From an uncultured Acidobacteriota bacterium (GTDB lineage: Bacteria > Acidobacteriota > UBA6911 > CAINFC01): DNA of 64,000 bases. Made by a program: the position numbers and the translations under genes. The stretch spans positions 13,187 to 77,186 of the forward strand of contig CAINFC010000242.1 in assembly GCA_903847975.1 (NCBI GenBank), read 5' to 3'. A model generated the notes under the pieces. That model searched no databases. It was not told where the DNA came from and was given only the letters and a program-made list of their open reading frames with translations. Below are positions 9,224 to 18,480 of the stretch, in pieces (the first letter of the stretch is position 1; each line of letters starts with the position of its first letter).

Positions 9224-10474
9224 TCACTTTCCACCCGGTTTCCGGAAAAGAATTTCCTTGACGCTGCGCTTCCAGTTTTTAATCACGCTGTAGTTCAGGT
9301 TGCTCTTCAGGCAGTCGCGACAGATATCCAGGACCTGGCCTTTTCGAACGGCCCTGCGCATCTCCCTGTACCGCCGGCCGTTCCAGATCTCGGCAAACCT
9401 CGCCTGCTCCAGGTTGCCAAGACAATACTCGTTGAAGCAGCAGGTCCGAACCTCCCCTTTCCAGGTGACGTAGATGACCGACCAGGGTTGGGTGCAGTAC
9501 AGGCGCCTGGCGGCCGTTTCCGGAAGAATCGGTTCCGCCGGCCTGTCCGGCAAAGCGGCAGGAACGTCGGCTTCCACCGGGCCGGAAGGGACCGGTACGC
9601 CCTGCGGCGGATCCGCATCACAGGATTCTGCCTGTCGGGAAGGATCGGCCGGCACCGGATCCGGGCCGAATTCGGCACGCAAATCCAAAGCGGCAAAAGG
9701 CGAGGCCAGATAAAGGTTATGCTTTTGGGCCACGGCGAGAAAGGAGTCCCAGGTTGCCTGGCCCCGCGAATAGGGAATCTGATTCAGATTTTGCTCGTTG
9801 AAAATCGTCTCCTGGGGACTTCCGGTGTGTCCCAGCATCTTCTGGACAATCAGCCCCTGGCATTGCAGCTCCGCCGCCATCTCCGCCCACTGCGGCAGTT
9901 CGGAGAAATTATCGCGCATGGCCACCAGCTCCAACTCGATGACCGGGACGCTGCTTTTCCTTGCTGCCCTGCATTCCGACAACCGGCGTATGTTCCGCAC
10001 CACGTTTTCGAACCGGGCGTTCCGGCGGAATTTCTCATAGGTTTCCCGGGTGGCCGCGTCCACGGAAAATACAATTTTATCCAGACCGGCATCCACGATT
10101 CCTTCCGCATGGGCCGGGCTCAGCAGCGTCCCGTTGGAGGTGATCGAAACCTGACTTCCCCGCTCCTTCAGGTAGCGGATCATGGAAACCAGGTCCCGGT
10201 TCATGAAGGGTTCCCCCACCCCGGTCGGGATAACATATTCCGCGAACGGGAAAATCTTATTCAGCTTTTTCACCATTTCCAGTGACAGATCTCCGGAATG
10301 GCCCGGCTGGCCGTATCGGGGATCGTGGGTCCGCCCGCACATGGTGCAGGCCAGGTTGCATCGGTTGGTCACCTCCAGGAAAACATAGATCGGGTGGTTC
10401 CAGGCGTAACTGGAAGGCAGAGAAATCGAAAGATTACTCAACAATATTTGCCGGATCAGGTGCGACTTTTTCAT
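9224..10474 (-). CDS. Radical SAM protein with SPASM/Twitch domain
   Basis: CNLACTMC; GEPF; CTQPW...G..RTCC...C..C. Confidence 0.9.
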   Translation of the reverse strand: MKKSHLIRQILLSNLSISLPSSYAWNHPIYVFLEVTNRCNLACTMCGRTHDPRYGQPGHSGDLSLEMVKKLNKIFPFAEYVIPTGVGEPFMNRDLVSMIRYLKERGSQVSITSNGTLLSPAHAEGIVDAGLDKIVFSVDAATRETYEKFRRNARFENVVRNIRRLSECRAARKSSVPVIELELVAMRDNFSELPQWAEMAAELQCQGLIVQKMLGHTGSPQETIFNEQNLNQIPYSRGQATWDSFLAVAQKHNLYLASPFAALDLRAEFGPDPVPADPSRQAESCDADPPQGVPVPSGPVEADVPAALPDRPAEPILPETAARRLYCTQPWSVIYVTWKGEVRTCCFNEYCLGNLEQARFAEIWNGRRYREMRRAVRKGQVLDICRDCLKSNLNYSVIKNWKRSVKEILFRKPGGK

Positions 10475-10483
10475 ATGGATAGG

Positions 10484-10512
10484 ATTATACTATCGGGGTG
10501 AATGTGAAACAA
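10484..10512 (-). promoter_or_regulatory. Putative sigma70 promoter of the radical SAM gene
   Basis: TTGTTT-17 bp-TATAAT; -10 ends 9 nt before the ATG. Confidence 0.5.
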
Positions 10513-10552
10513 CCGCTCGCGCACAGCGCGGAACAAGGAATGGAACAATCCC

Positions 10553-11494
10553 ATGAATACCCGCAGATCTTTTCTGAAATCGACCTCCTGGTCCATGGCC
10601 GTGCTGGCAGGGGCCGCAGCCGATCCCCTGGCACAGGCTCCGGCGCAGCCCGGCAGGACCTCACCCGTCAACGTCCCGGATTCTGAAATCCGGATCCCGC
10701 GAATCCAATTTGGCAAAACGGAAATCAGCCGTCTGGTGGTCGGCTGCAACCCGCTCTACGGCTATGCCCACTTCAACCAGATTCTGGGCAGCACGATGAG
10801 GGAGTGGTATACCCCGGAAAAAGTGGTGGAAGTGCTGCAGCGCAGTGCACAGCTGGGAATCAATGCCTTCAACTACTTTCATGCCAGCCGGGCGCCGTCC
10901 GATTATGAGCGGTTCCAGGCTGCCGGCGGGAAAATGAACCTGATCGCCCAGGGGAATGTGGATCCCGAGATCCTGGTCAAAACCCTTCATCCCATCGCCA
11001 TTTACTGCCACGGAGAGCAGGTGGACAACGCCTACCGCACCGGCAGGCTTGACACCATCAAGGAATACTGTAAAAAAACACGCCAGCAGGGCGTCATGGT
11101 CGGCGTCGGCAGCCATATTCCCGAGGTTCTGATCCGGGTGGAAGAGGAAGGATGGGACGTGGACTTCTATGCCGGCTGCGTTTACAACCGCAGGCGTACG
11201 CCGGAGGAGCTGCGCCGTCTGCTGGGCGGCGAGCTTCCGGAAATGCCCGGCGAGGTTTATCTTCAGGACGATCCGCCGCGCATGTACCAATTCATGCGCC
11301 GGACCCCCAAGCCCTGCTTCGCCTTCAAGATTCTGGCCGCCGGCCGGGTCGGCAGCCCGGAACAGGCATTCCGCCTCGCCTTCCAGAACATCAAGCCGAT
11401 CGATGGGGTTTTCGTGGGTATGTTTCCGCGATTCAAGGATGAAATCAAGGAAAACGCCTTCTGGACTATGACCTACGGCAAGCCGGCCGCATAA
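10553..11494 (+). CDS. Tat-leader aldo/keto reductase-like TIM-barrel protein
   Basis: TRRSFLK; ISRLVVGCNP; FKILAAGR. Confidence 0.75.
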   Translation: MNTRRSFLKSTSWSMAVLAGAAADPLAQAPAQPGRTSPVNVPDSEIRIPRIQFGKTEISRLVVGCNPLYGYAHFNQILGSTMREWYTPEKVVEVLQRSAQLGINAFNYFHASRAPSDYERFQAAGGKMNLIAQGNVDPEILVKTLHPIAIYCHGEQVDNAYRTGRLDTIKEYCKKTRQQGVMVGVGSHIPEVLIRVEEEGWDVDFYAGCVYNRRRTPEELRRLLGGELPEMPGEVYLQDDPPRMYQFMRRTPKPCFAFKILAAGRVGSPEQAFRLAFQNIKPIDGVFVGMFPRFKDEIKENAFWTMTYGKPAA

Positions 11495-11510
11495 TGGAAC
11501 AGGATGATTC

Positions 11511-13541
11511 ATGCCCGGTAAACTCCTTCTCTCTTTTCTGGCACTGTGGGCAGTCCTGTTTCCGTCGACGGCCCGGACCCAGGTCCCGCCCGCAGAAATG
11601 TTCCTCGTCCGCCGCTCCCCTGTCGCGCCGGGCCCGCAGATCACTCCCTACCTGCAATACCAGCTGGATCAGGCCTGGCAGCAGGACGAGCCACGGCGCC
11701 GGGAGTTTGCATCGGTCACCACCGAAGAGGAAATGCGCAAGGTACAGGAGCGCCTGCGGGACCGCCTGCGAGCCATGATCGGCGGGCTGCCGACCGAAAA
11801 AACCGATCTGCATGCGCAGATTACCGGCACGATCCGCAGGCCGGGATACCGCATTGAAAAAGTCATTTTCGAAAGCCTGCCCGGCTTTCATGTCACCGCC
11901 TTGCTTTACCTGCCGGAGAGTGCTTCCGGCCGGCTGCCGGCCATCCTGGTGCCCTGCGGGCACTCCCAGAACGGCAAGATCCACTACCAGTACATCTGCT
12001 CCCGGCTGGCCCGGCTGGGCTACGCCGCCCTGACCTGGGACCCGGTCGGCCAGGGCGAAAGAAGCCAGTTCTGGGATGCGGCCCGCCGGCGAAGCCGCTA
12101 TAACCTGGGTTGCGGAGAGCATGCGGTTCTGGGAAACATTGCTTATCTGGCCGACGCCAGCCTGGCACGCTGGGAAATCTGGGACGGCATTCGCGCCTTC
12201 GACTACCTCTTGACCCGTCCGGAAGTGGACGGCAGCCGGATCAGCGTTACCGGGACCAGCGGAGGCGGAACCCAGACGGCTTACCTCGGAGCCCTGGAGC
12301 CGCGCCTGCGCGTGGTGGCGCCCTCCTGCTATATCACCAGCCTGCCTATGCGTATGGCCAACCGCATCTTCAAGGATCCGAGCAGCGATCCGGAGCAGGA
12401 CCTTTTCGGGATGGTCTCCGAGCGGCTGGACCATGCCGGCCTGCTCCTTCTGGCGTATCCCCGCCCGGTCTTTGTGGCCGCCGCGGTGGAGGATTTCTTT
12501 CCGGTGGAGGGAACCCGAAGCGCGCTGCGCGAGGTTTCCTCGCTGTACCGCCGATTGGGCCATCCGGACCGGGTGGGCCGTGCCGAAGGCTACCACGGCC
12601 ACCAGTATTCGCCGGCAAACCTTCTGGCTGCCATCCAATTTATCAGCCGCTTTTCGGATATGCCCGCCGTGGAAATCCTACCCCCGGAAGACAAGCTGCC
12701 CGACCAGGAACTGCTCTGCACCCGAAGCGGCCAGGTCCGGGTGGATTTCCCGGAAGGCAAACCTCTCATCGACCTCATTGCGGAATATTTTGCCGCACAG
12801 AAGGGCCGTGCGCCCGTCCCGGTGCGCGACCTTTACCGGGGCCGCGGCTATCCGGGATTGGACCGGATGGATGTCGTTCCCATGCATGGCTCCCCTTCGC
12901 GCGATAACATCTCGTGGCAGTTCATGGGAGAAGATACCTGGGAAGGACTGCGGCTGCAGCGCTTCCTGCTTCACCACAGCGGCAACCTTTCCCTACCCCT
13001 TCTGCTGATCCGCGAAGCAGACCGCGAAAGTGCAGAAGCGCGGCTTTGGTTTAGCGACCGCGGCAAGGCGGGGCCGGAGGACTGGAATGCAATCCGGACC
13101 ATCGTCACAGGGGGAGTGCAGCTGCTGACTTTCGATTTTCGCGGCCAGGGAGAGGATCGCATGCAACACAGGACCGCAGCCTCCGATGAGTGGCCTGCCC
13201 CGGAAGGATACGATCCGGCCTTTTACAATCCCGTTTCGGGGGTGATGGCCAACTACGTTTATAACAGCCTGCTAAGCGGCAGACCCTACTTTCTGCAGAT
13301 GATCGAGGATGTGGAGGTCGTCGTTCGGTTTGCCCGGGAAAAGCTGAAGATCCGCCAATTGCAGATTGACGGGACGGGAGCCGCCCGCCTGATGGCGGAG
13401 TCTGCCGCCGGATCGATTCCCGGCCTGCAGCTCTACGCCCGGCCGGAAGCTCGAAGCATGCGTTGGTCGGCCGTTGTCGAGCAGAAAATGGAAATCTGGC
13501 CCATCCAGTATTTGCTGCCGGGCGGCGCCTACATTCGATAA
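11511..13541 (+). CDS. Secreted acetylxylan esterase-like alpha/beta hydrolase
   Basis: PCGH, DPVGQGER, GTSGGG nucleophile elbow, DFFP. Confidence 0.85.
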   Translation: MPGKLLLSFLALWAVLFPSTARTQVPPAEMFLVRRSPVAPGPQITPYLQYQLDQAWQQDEPRRREFASVTTEEEMRKVQERLRDRLRAMIGGLPTEKTDLHAQITGTIRRPGYRIEKVIFESLPGFHVTALLYLPESASGRLPAILVPCGHSQNGKIHYQYICSRLARLGYAALTWDPVGQGERSQFWDAARRRSRYNLGCGEHAVLGNIAYLADASLARWEIWDGIRAFDYLLTRPEVDGSRISVTGTSGGGTQTAYLGALEPRLRVVAPSCYITSLPMRMANRIFKDPSSDPEQDLFGMVSERLDHAGLLLLAYPRPVFVAAAVEDFFPVEGTRSALREVSSLYRRLGHPDRVGRAEGYHGHQYSPANLLAAIQFISRFSDMPAVEILPPEDKLPDQELLCTRSGQVRVDFPEGKPLIDLIAEYFAAQKGRAPVPVRDLYRGRGYPGLDRMDVVPMHGSPSRDNISWQFMGEDTWEGLRLQRFLLHHSGNLSLPLLLIREADRESAEARLWFSDRGKAGPEDWNAIRTIVTGGVQLLTFDFRGQGEDRMQHRTAASDEWPAPEGYDPAFYNPVSGVMANYVYNSLLSGRPYFLQMIEDVEVVVRFAREKLKIRQLQIDGTGAARLMAESAAGSIPGLQLYARPEARSMRWSAVVEQKMEIWPIQYLLPGGAYIR

Positions 13542-16500
13542 TGAAGAAGTTCGGCCTGATTGCGGTCATCGGACCACCGCTCCTCCTGCTGCTGGCTATC
13601 GGCGCGCTTAATTCAAGATCCCTCGACTTCTCCGGAATTCTGAGCGACCTGAAGACCGCGCGCCACCGCGGGATCGGCTTCCTGCAGGTACGAAGCCTCC
13701 ACGCCCAGAGGGGACTTACCACGTATGAAATCGACACCATGCCGCAGAACAAGCTGGAGCGGGCCCTCCGGCGGGCAGCCAGCCCCATGCCGGACCATCC
13801 CGGAGAAGCGGTTGCCTTCCGCCGCCTGCAGATGCAGGATGAAAACGGCTTCATTCCCGCCGACGGGCTCTACCGAGCCCAGCAGCAGAGGCGGCGGATG
13901 CTGCTGGCCGCTTTGCCGGACGGAAGGAGCAAAAGCCAGAGCCTGGCCCCGGAAGAGGCACTTGCCTCCTGGACCTGGCTCGGGCCCGGAAATATCGGAG
14001 GACGGGTGCGGGCTATCGTCATACACCCGGTCACCACCGGCACCATGTGGGCCGGAAGCGTCTCCGGGGGGCTGTGGAAGACCACCAATGGTGGTACCAG
14101 CTGGTCGGTGGTGGATGATTTCATGGCCAACCTGGCTATTTCGACCCTGGTTATGGACCCGACCAATTCCAACACCCTGTATGCCGGTACGGGGGAAGGC
14201 TTTTATAACAGCGACGGAATCCGTGGAGCAGGAGTCTTCAAGAGCACGGATGGCGGTACCACCTGGGCGCAGCTTCCCGAAACAGCCGGCAGCGACTGGT
14301 ATTATGTCAACCGCCTGGCAATTCCCTGGAACAGCACCGCCATCCTGGCCGCAACCCGCAGCGGTATTTTCCGGTCCACGGATGGCGGCACGTCCTGGAG
14401 CATGACCAGCGGTGCCACCAATATCACGGACATCGACTATAATCCGACGGACAGCAATAAAGCCGTGGCCGGCGGCTTTAACGGACAGGCCCTCTACTCG
14501 ACGAACGGCGGCCAGGCATGGAATACAGTCGCTGCAGCAAACCGCTGGGCCACGGACGCACCTCTGGGGCGGGTGGAGCTGGCCTATGCACCCTCCAACG
14601 CTACCATCGTCTATGCTTCGGTCAACCAGAATAACGGCGAAGTCTGGAAAAGCACCAACGGCGGCCAGAGCTTTACCCAGCTCAATACCGGCAACAGCTA
14701 CCTCGGCAGCCAGGGCTGGTACAATAATGTGATCTGGGTGAGCCCGGTTAACTCCAGCTTCCTGATTATCGGCGGGATCGATATCTGGCGCAGCACCGAC
14801 GGCGGATCCAGCCTGACCAAAATCAGCCAGTGGTACAGCGCCCCCCTTTCCGCCCATGCCGACAACCACGCCATCGTTCCTCTCCCCGGTTTCAACGGGA
14901 CGACCAGCAAAACGGTATTCATCGGCAACGACGGAGGCATTTACAAAGCCGCCGACATCACCACGGTGGCAGCGACCAGCGGCTGGACGGAGCTGAACAA
15001 CCAGCTGGGCATCACCCAGTTTTATGGAGCCGCCGGAAACGCGACCACCGGGGTGATCATCGGCGGCACGCAGGATAACGGCACCCTGCTTTATACCCCC
15101 GCGAGCGGCAGTGAGGGATGGACGACACCGTTCGGCGGCGACGGAGGTTTTTCCGCCGCCGACCCGACCAACTCCAACTATTTCTACGGCGAATACACCT
15201 ACCTGAACCTGCACCGCAGCAGCAACGCCGGCACCAGCTCGGATTATATTTCCGGCTACTACTGGAACGGATCCTCCTGGGCCTGGAAAGCCGCTCCCTA
15301 CGTGATCGGCGATGCACAAACCAGTTCGGCCAACTTCATCGCACCTTTTATCCTCGATCCCAACAATCCGCAGCGCATCCTGGCCGGAGGGCTTTCGCTC
15401 TGGCGCTCCAGCGATGCCCGCACCGCGAATACCAATACCACCGGTCCCGCCTGGTCGGCCATCAAATCCTCCACCGGGACGAATATCAGCGCTATCGCCA
15501 TCGCGCCGGGAAATTCGGATCAGGTGTGGGTTGGGCACAATAACGGCAGCGTGTTCAAGACCACCAACGGGACCACAGCATCCCCGTCCTGGACGCAGGT
15601 CGACAACAACCCGACCAGCCTGCCCGACCGCTACGTGGGCCGCATTGCCGTAGTTCCCGGCAACACCAACAAGGTTTATGTGACCTTCGGCGGCTTTAAC
15701 TCCAACAACGTCTGGGTCACAACTAATGGGGGCAGCAATTGGGCGGCCGCATACGGATCCGGGGCCACCGCCCTACCCGCCGCACCGGTTCGCAGCCTGG
15801 CGATTCACCCCCAGAATACAAATTATCTTTATGCCGGCACGGAAGTCGGCGTTTTCAACAGCACCGACGGAGGGGCTACCTGGACGGTTCCCCACATGGG
15901 TCCCTCCAATGTGTCCGTGGACGAGCTTTTCTGGATGAACCGGCAGTTGGTGGCAGCCACCCACGGGCGCGGCCTTTTCAGCGCGGGGATGGACCTGTCC
16001 CCGGGGAACTTTTCCAAATCGGGTCCGGCCGCCGGCGCCACGGGTATATCCGCCAGCCCGACGCTAAGCTGGGGCGCCAGCAGCGGAGCCACCTCCTACG
16101 ACTACTGTTACGATACAACCAATGACAATGCATGCAGCGCCTGGATCAGTACCCCTTCCACAAGCCCGTCTTTGAGCGGGTTGTCAGCCAATACCACCTA
16201 TTACTGGCAGGCGCGGGCCAATAATGCAGGCGTCACGGTCTATGCGGACGGTAGCGCAACCTCCTTCCGCTCTTTTACCACCGGAAGCGCGCCGGGCGCT
16301 TTTTTCAAATCCAACCCGACAGCGGGAGCAACCGGTATGTCCCCCAATCCGTCCCTGAGCTGGACGGCAGGCAGCGGAGCCGGCTCTTACGAATATTGTT
16401 ACGACACCACCAACGACAATGCCTGCAGCTCCTGGACCAGCAGCGGCTCACAGACCAGCGTGGTCTTAAGCGGAATGGCCCCCGGCACCACTTATTACTG

Positions 16501-17524
16501 GCAGGTGCGGGCCATCAACAGCCTAGGCTTTAGCGCGACTTATGCAGATGGCACGGCAGCCGCCTTTCGTTCGTTCACCACCGGCGTTCTGCCCGGATCC
16601 TTCGGGAAGTCCAGTCCGGCGGCGAACGCCGCAAATCAGGCCGCCAGCCTCAGCCTGACCTGGTCCCCCAGCGCCCACACCTCCATTTACGAATACTGCT
16701 ACGACACCTCCAACGACAACGCCTGCGCCACCTGGATCAGCGGTGGGACATCCACTGCCGCCGCCCTGGGCAGCTTGATCTCCGGCAGCACCTATTACTG
16801 GCAGGTGCGGGCGGTCAACAGTCTGGGCGGATGGACCGCCTACGCCGACGGCTCGGCGGATGCCTTCCGCTCCTTCACCACCGGGATCCCCCCCGGGTCT
16901 TTCCAGAAATCCAGCCCGGCCGCTTCCGCCACGGGCATGCCCAGCAACCCGAGCCTTGGCTGGAGCGACAGCACCGGAGCCTCCGGCTTCGAGTATTGCA
17001 TCGACACCACCAACGACAGCAGCTGCAGTCCCTGGATCAGCACCGGCACGGCCACCCATGCCGAACTGTCCCTGCTCACCCCCTCGACCGCCTATTACTG
17101 GCAAGTCAGAGCCGTCAGCACTCTGGGATTCGGGCCCACCTACGCGGACGGAGCGGCCGCTTCTTACGGGTCCTTTACCACCGGCGGCGCGCCGGGCGAT
17201 TTCGGCAAGAGCAGCCCGGTGCATGCCGCCCTGGCAACCGACACCGGCCTGATTCTCCGCTGGGGCAGCAGCACGGAAGCAGCGTCCTATGAATTCTGTT
17301 TTGACACCACCGATGACGGCGCCTGCAGCAACTGGACGGACAACGGCTCCTCCACGAGCGCAACCCTGACCGGGCTCACTATCGGAGTGCCCTATTTCTG
17401 GCAGGTCCGGGCGCGGAACAGCCTGGGATTCGGCTCGACGTTCGCGGACGCTAGCGCAACGGCCTACTGGTCCTTCACCGTGGCCCGCCGGCTCTTTCTG
17501 CCATCGGTTCTGTCAAACCGCTAG
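13541..17524 (+). CDS. Large secreted BNR/VPS10-type beta-propeller protein with five FN3-like repeats
   Basis: TAATG coupling to the upstream gene; GPGNIGGRVRA; repeated S/TTDGGxTW Asp-boxes; C-terminal LFLPSVLSNR. Confidence 0.85.
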   Translation: MKKFGLIAVIGPPLLLLLAIGALNSRSLDFSGILSDLKTARHRGIGFLQVRSLHAQRGLTTYEIDTMPQNKLERALRRAASPMPDHPGEAVAFRRLQMQDENGFIPADGLYRAQQQRRRMLLAALPDGRSKSQSLAPEEALASWTWLGPGNIGGRVRAIVIHPVTTGTMWAGSVSGGLWKTTNGGTSWSVVDDFMANLAISTLVMDPTNSNTLYAGTGEGFYNSDGIRGAGVFKSTDGGTTWAQLPETAGSDWYYVNRLAIPWNSTAILAATRSGIFRSTDGGTSWSMTSGATNITDIDYNPTDSNKAVAGGFNGQALYSTNGGQAWNTVAAANRWATDAPLGRVELAYAPSNATIVYASVNQNNGEVWKSTNGGQSFTQLNTGNSYLGSQGWYNNVIWVSPVNSSFLIIGGIDIWRSTDGGSSLTKISQWYSAPLSAHADNHAIVPLPGFNGTTSKTVFIGNDGGIYKAADITTVAATSGWTELNNQLGITQFYGAAGNATTGVIIGGTQDNGTLLYTPASGSEGWTTPFGGDGGFSAADPTNSNYFYGEYTYLNLHRSSNAGTSSDYISGYYWNGSSWAWKAAPYVIGDAQTSSANFIAPFILDPNNPQRILAGGLSLWRSSDARTANTNTTGPAWSAIKSSTGTNISAIAIAPGNSDQVWVGHNNGSVFKTTNGTTASPSWTQVDNNPTSLPDRYVGRIAVVPGNTNKVYVTFGGFNSNNVWVTTNGGSNWAAAYGSGATALPAAPVRSLAIHPQNTNYLYAGTEVGVFNSTDGGATWTVPHMGPSNVSVDELFWMNRQLVAATHGRGLFSAGMDLSPGNFSKSGPAAGATGISASPTLSWGASSGATSYDYCYDTTNDNACSAWISTPSTSPSLSGLSANTTYYWQARANNAGVTVYADGSATSFRSFTTGSAPGAFFKSNPTAGATGMSPNPSLSWTAGSGAGSYEYCYDTTNDNACSSWTSSGSQTSVVLSGMAPGTTYYWQVRAINSLGFSATYADGTAAAFRSFTTGVLPGSFGKSSPAANAANQAASLSLTWSPSAHTSIYEYCYDTSNDNACATWISGGTSTAAALGSLISGSTYYWQVRAVNSLGGWTAYADGSADAFRSFTTGIPPGSFQKSSPAASATGMPSNPSLGWSDSTGASGFEYCIDTTNDSSCSPWISTGTATHAELSLLTPSTAYYWQVRAVSTLGFGPTYADGAAASYGSFTTGGAPGDFGKSSPVHAALATDTGLILRWGSSTEAASYEFCFDTTDDGACSNWTDNGSSTSATLTGLTIGVPYFWQVRARNSLGFGSTFADASATAYWSFTVARRLFLPSVLSNR
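16001..17481 (+). repeat. Five tandem ~100-aa FN3-like coding repeats
   Basis: Units start at 16001, 16292, 16592, 16892, 17192; consensus PGxFxKSxP...YxYCYDTTNDxACxxW...YYWQVRA. Confidence 0.9.
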
Positions 17525-17538
17525 ACATGCCTGGCCCG

Positions 17539-18219
17539 TCAGCAATCCGAATCCCCGGACGCGAAGCGGCGGGCCAAAGGAAAGATTCCGGCAATCGCCT
17601 CGGCACAAGCCCGGGCAACAGCCATGTGCTCCTTTTGCGTGCCGTGGCCGGTTCGTATTTCGATGAAATGAATCCAGGAGCGCAAAGTGCCGTGCATATA
17701 GAGGCGTGACACGGTGAGACCCTCCGGCAGCACGGCCCGAGCCTGCTCCCTGGCGATACCCTGGTCGATGGCCCAGCGATAAGCGGCTTTGGCCTGCTCC
17801 AGGACCTGGCGCTGCCGCGCGGCCCATTCGGTCTGGAGAACGACGTCCTGCACTTCGATGCTGTTCTGGCGGTTTCCGGGATCCTGCAAACGGGCTTCGC
17901 GAATCACGAAGTCCAGCTCGCGCGTAGGATCGGCGTAGCGCTGGCTGAATTCCTGAAAGGAAAAAGAGCGGTGACGCAGGATCTGTCGGGCGATGTCGCG
18001 GGTGGTCTCGATTTCCAGGCAGGCGCTGGCCATTTCCAGGGGGCTCCAGTGGGCGTGCCGAATCAGGTACCGGATCAGCTGCTCCGAGGTCTCGGTGTTA
18101 TATTGGTTCGCCGGGTTGGAAACCCGCGCGCAAAAGGCAACAAGCTCCTGCGCATCGCTGATCCCAGCCTCCTGCATTTCCATGGACGGCCGGCTGAACG
18201 AAACGAGGCGGACTTTCAT
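17539..18219 (-). CDS. thyX: FAD-dependent thymidylate synthase
   Basis: RHRSFSFQEFSQRY (RHRx7S); HWSPLEM; AREQARAVLP. Confidence 0.95.
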   Translation of the reverse strand: MKVRLVSFSRPSMEMQEAGISDAQELVAFCARVSNPANQYNTETSEQLIRYLIRHAHWSPLEMASACLEIETTRDIARQILRHRSFSFQEFSQRYADPTRELDFVIREARLQDPGNRQNSIEVQDVVLQTEWAARQRQVLEQAKAAYRWAIDQGIAREQARAVLPEGLTVSRLYMHGTLRSWIHFIEIRTGHGTQKEHMAVARACAEAIAGIFPLARRFASGDSDC

Positions 18220-18480
18220 TTCTGTGATTCCCTTTCCGGAGAAATCCCCGGAGCCCGGAACCGCATTCATACCGGACGCCTCCGGAGGGCGGCTCGGAGG
18301 ATTTTCCCCAGACAATAGTATCACGCAGGCCGATTCCGAAACCCCGGAGCCAAGCTGTATTCCGGAATTGCGAGGCACTGACCCACGAACAAACTATTGT
18401 AAGGCCGCGAAAACTTTTCCGGTGATTTTTCCGTATAAGCAACTTTACGCGAAATCAGTAAACCCCTTTCTGGAGGTGTT

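Noticed and set aside
13754-13764. TGGAGCGGGC match to the tRNA-Gly 3' end as an att site
   Set aside because: Only about 10 bp, inside a CDS, with no integrase; expected by chance.
16001-17481. Regularly spaced repeats considered as a CRISPR array
   Set aside because: In-frame 300-bp protein repeats with no repeat-spacer structure and no cas genes.
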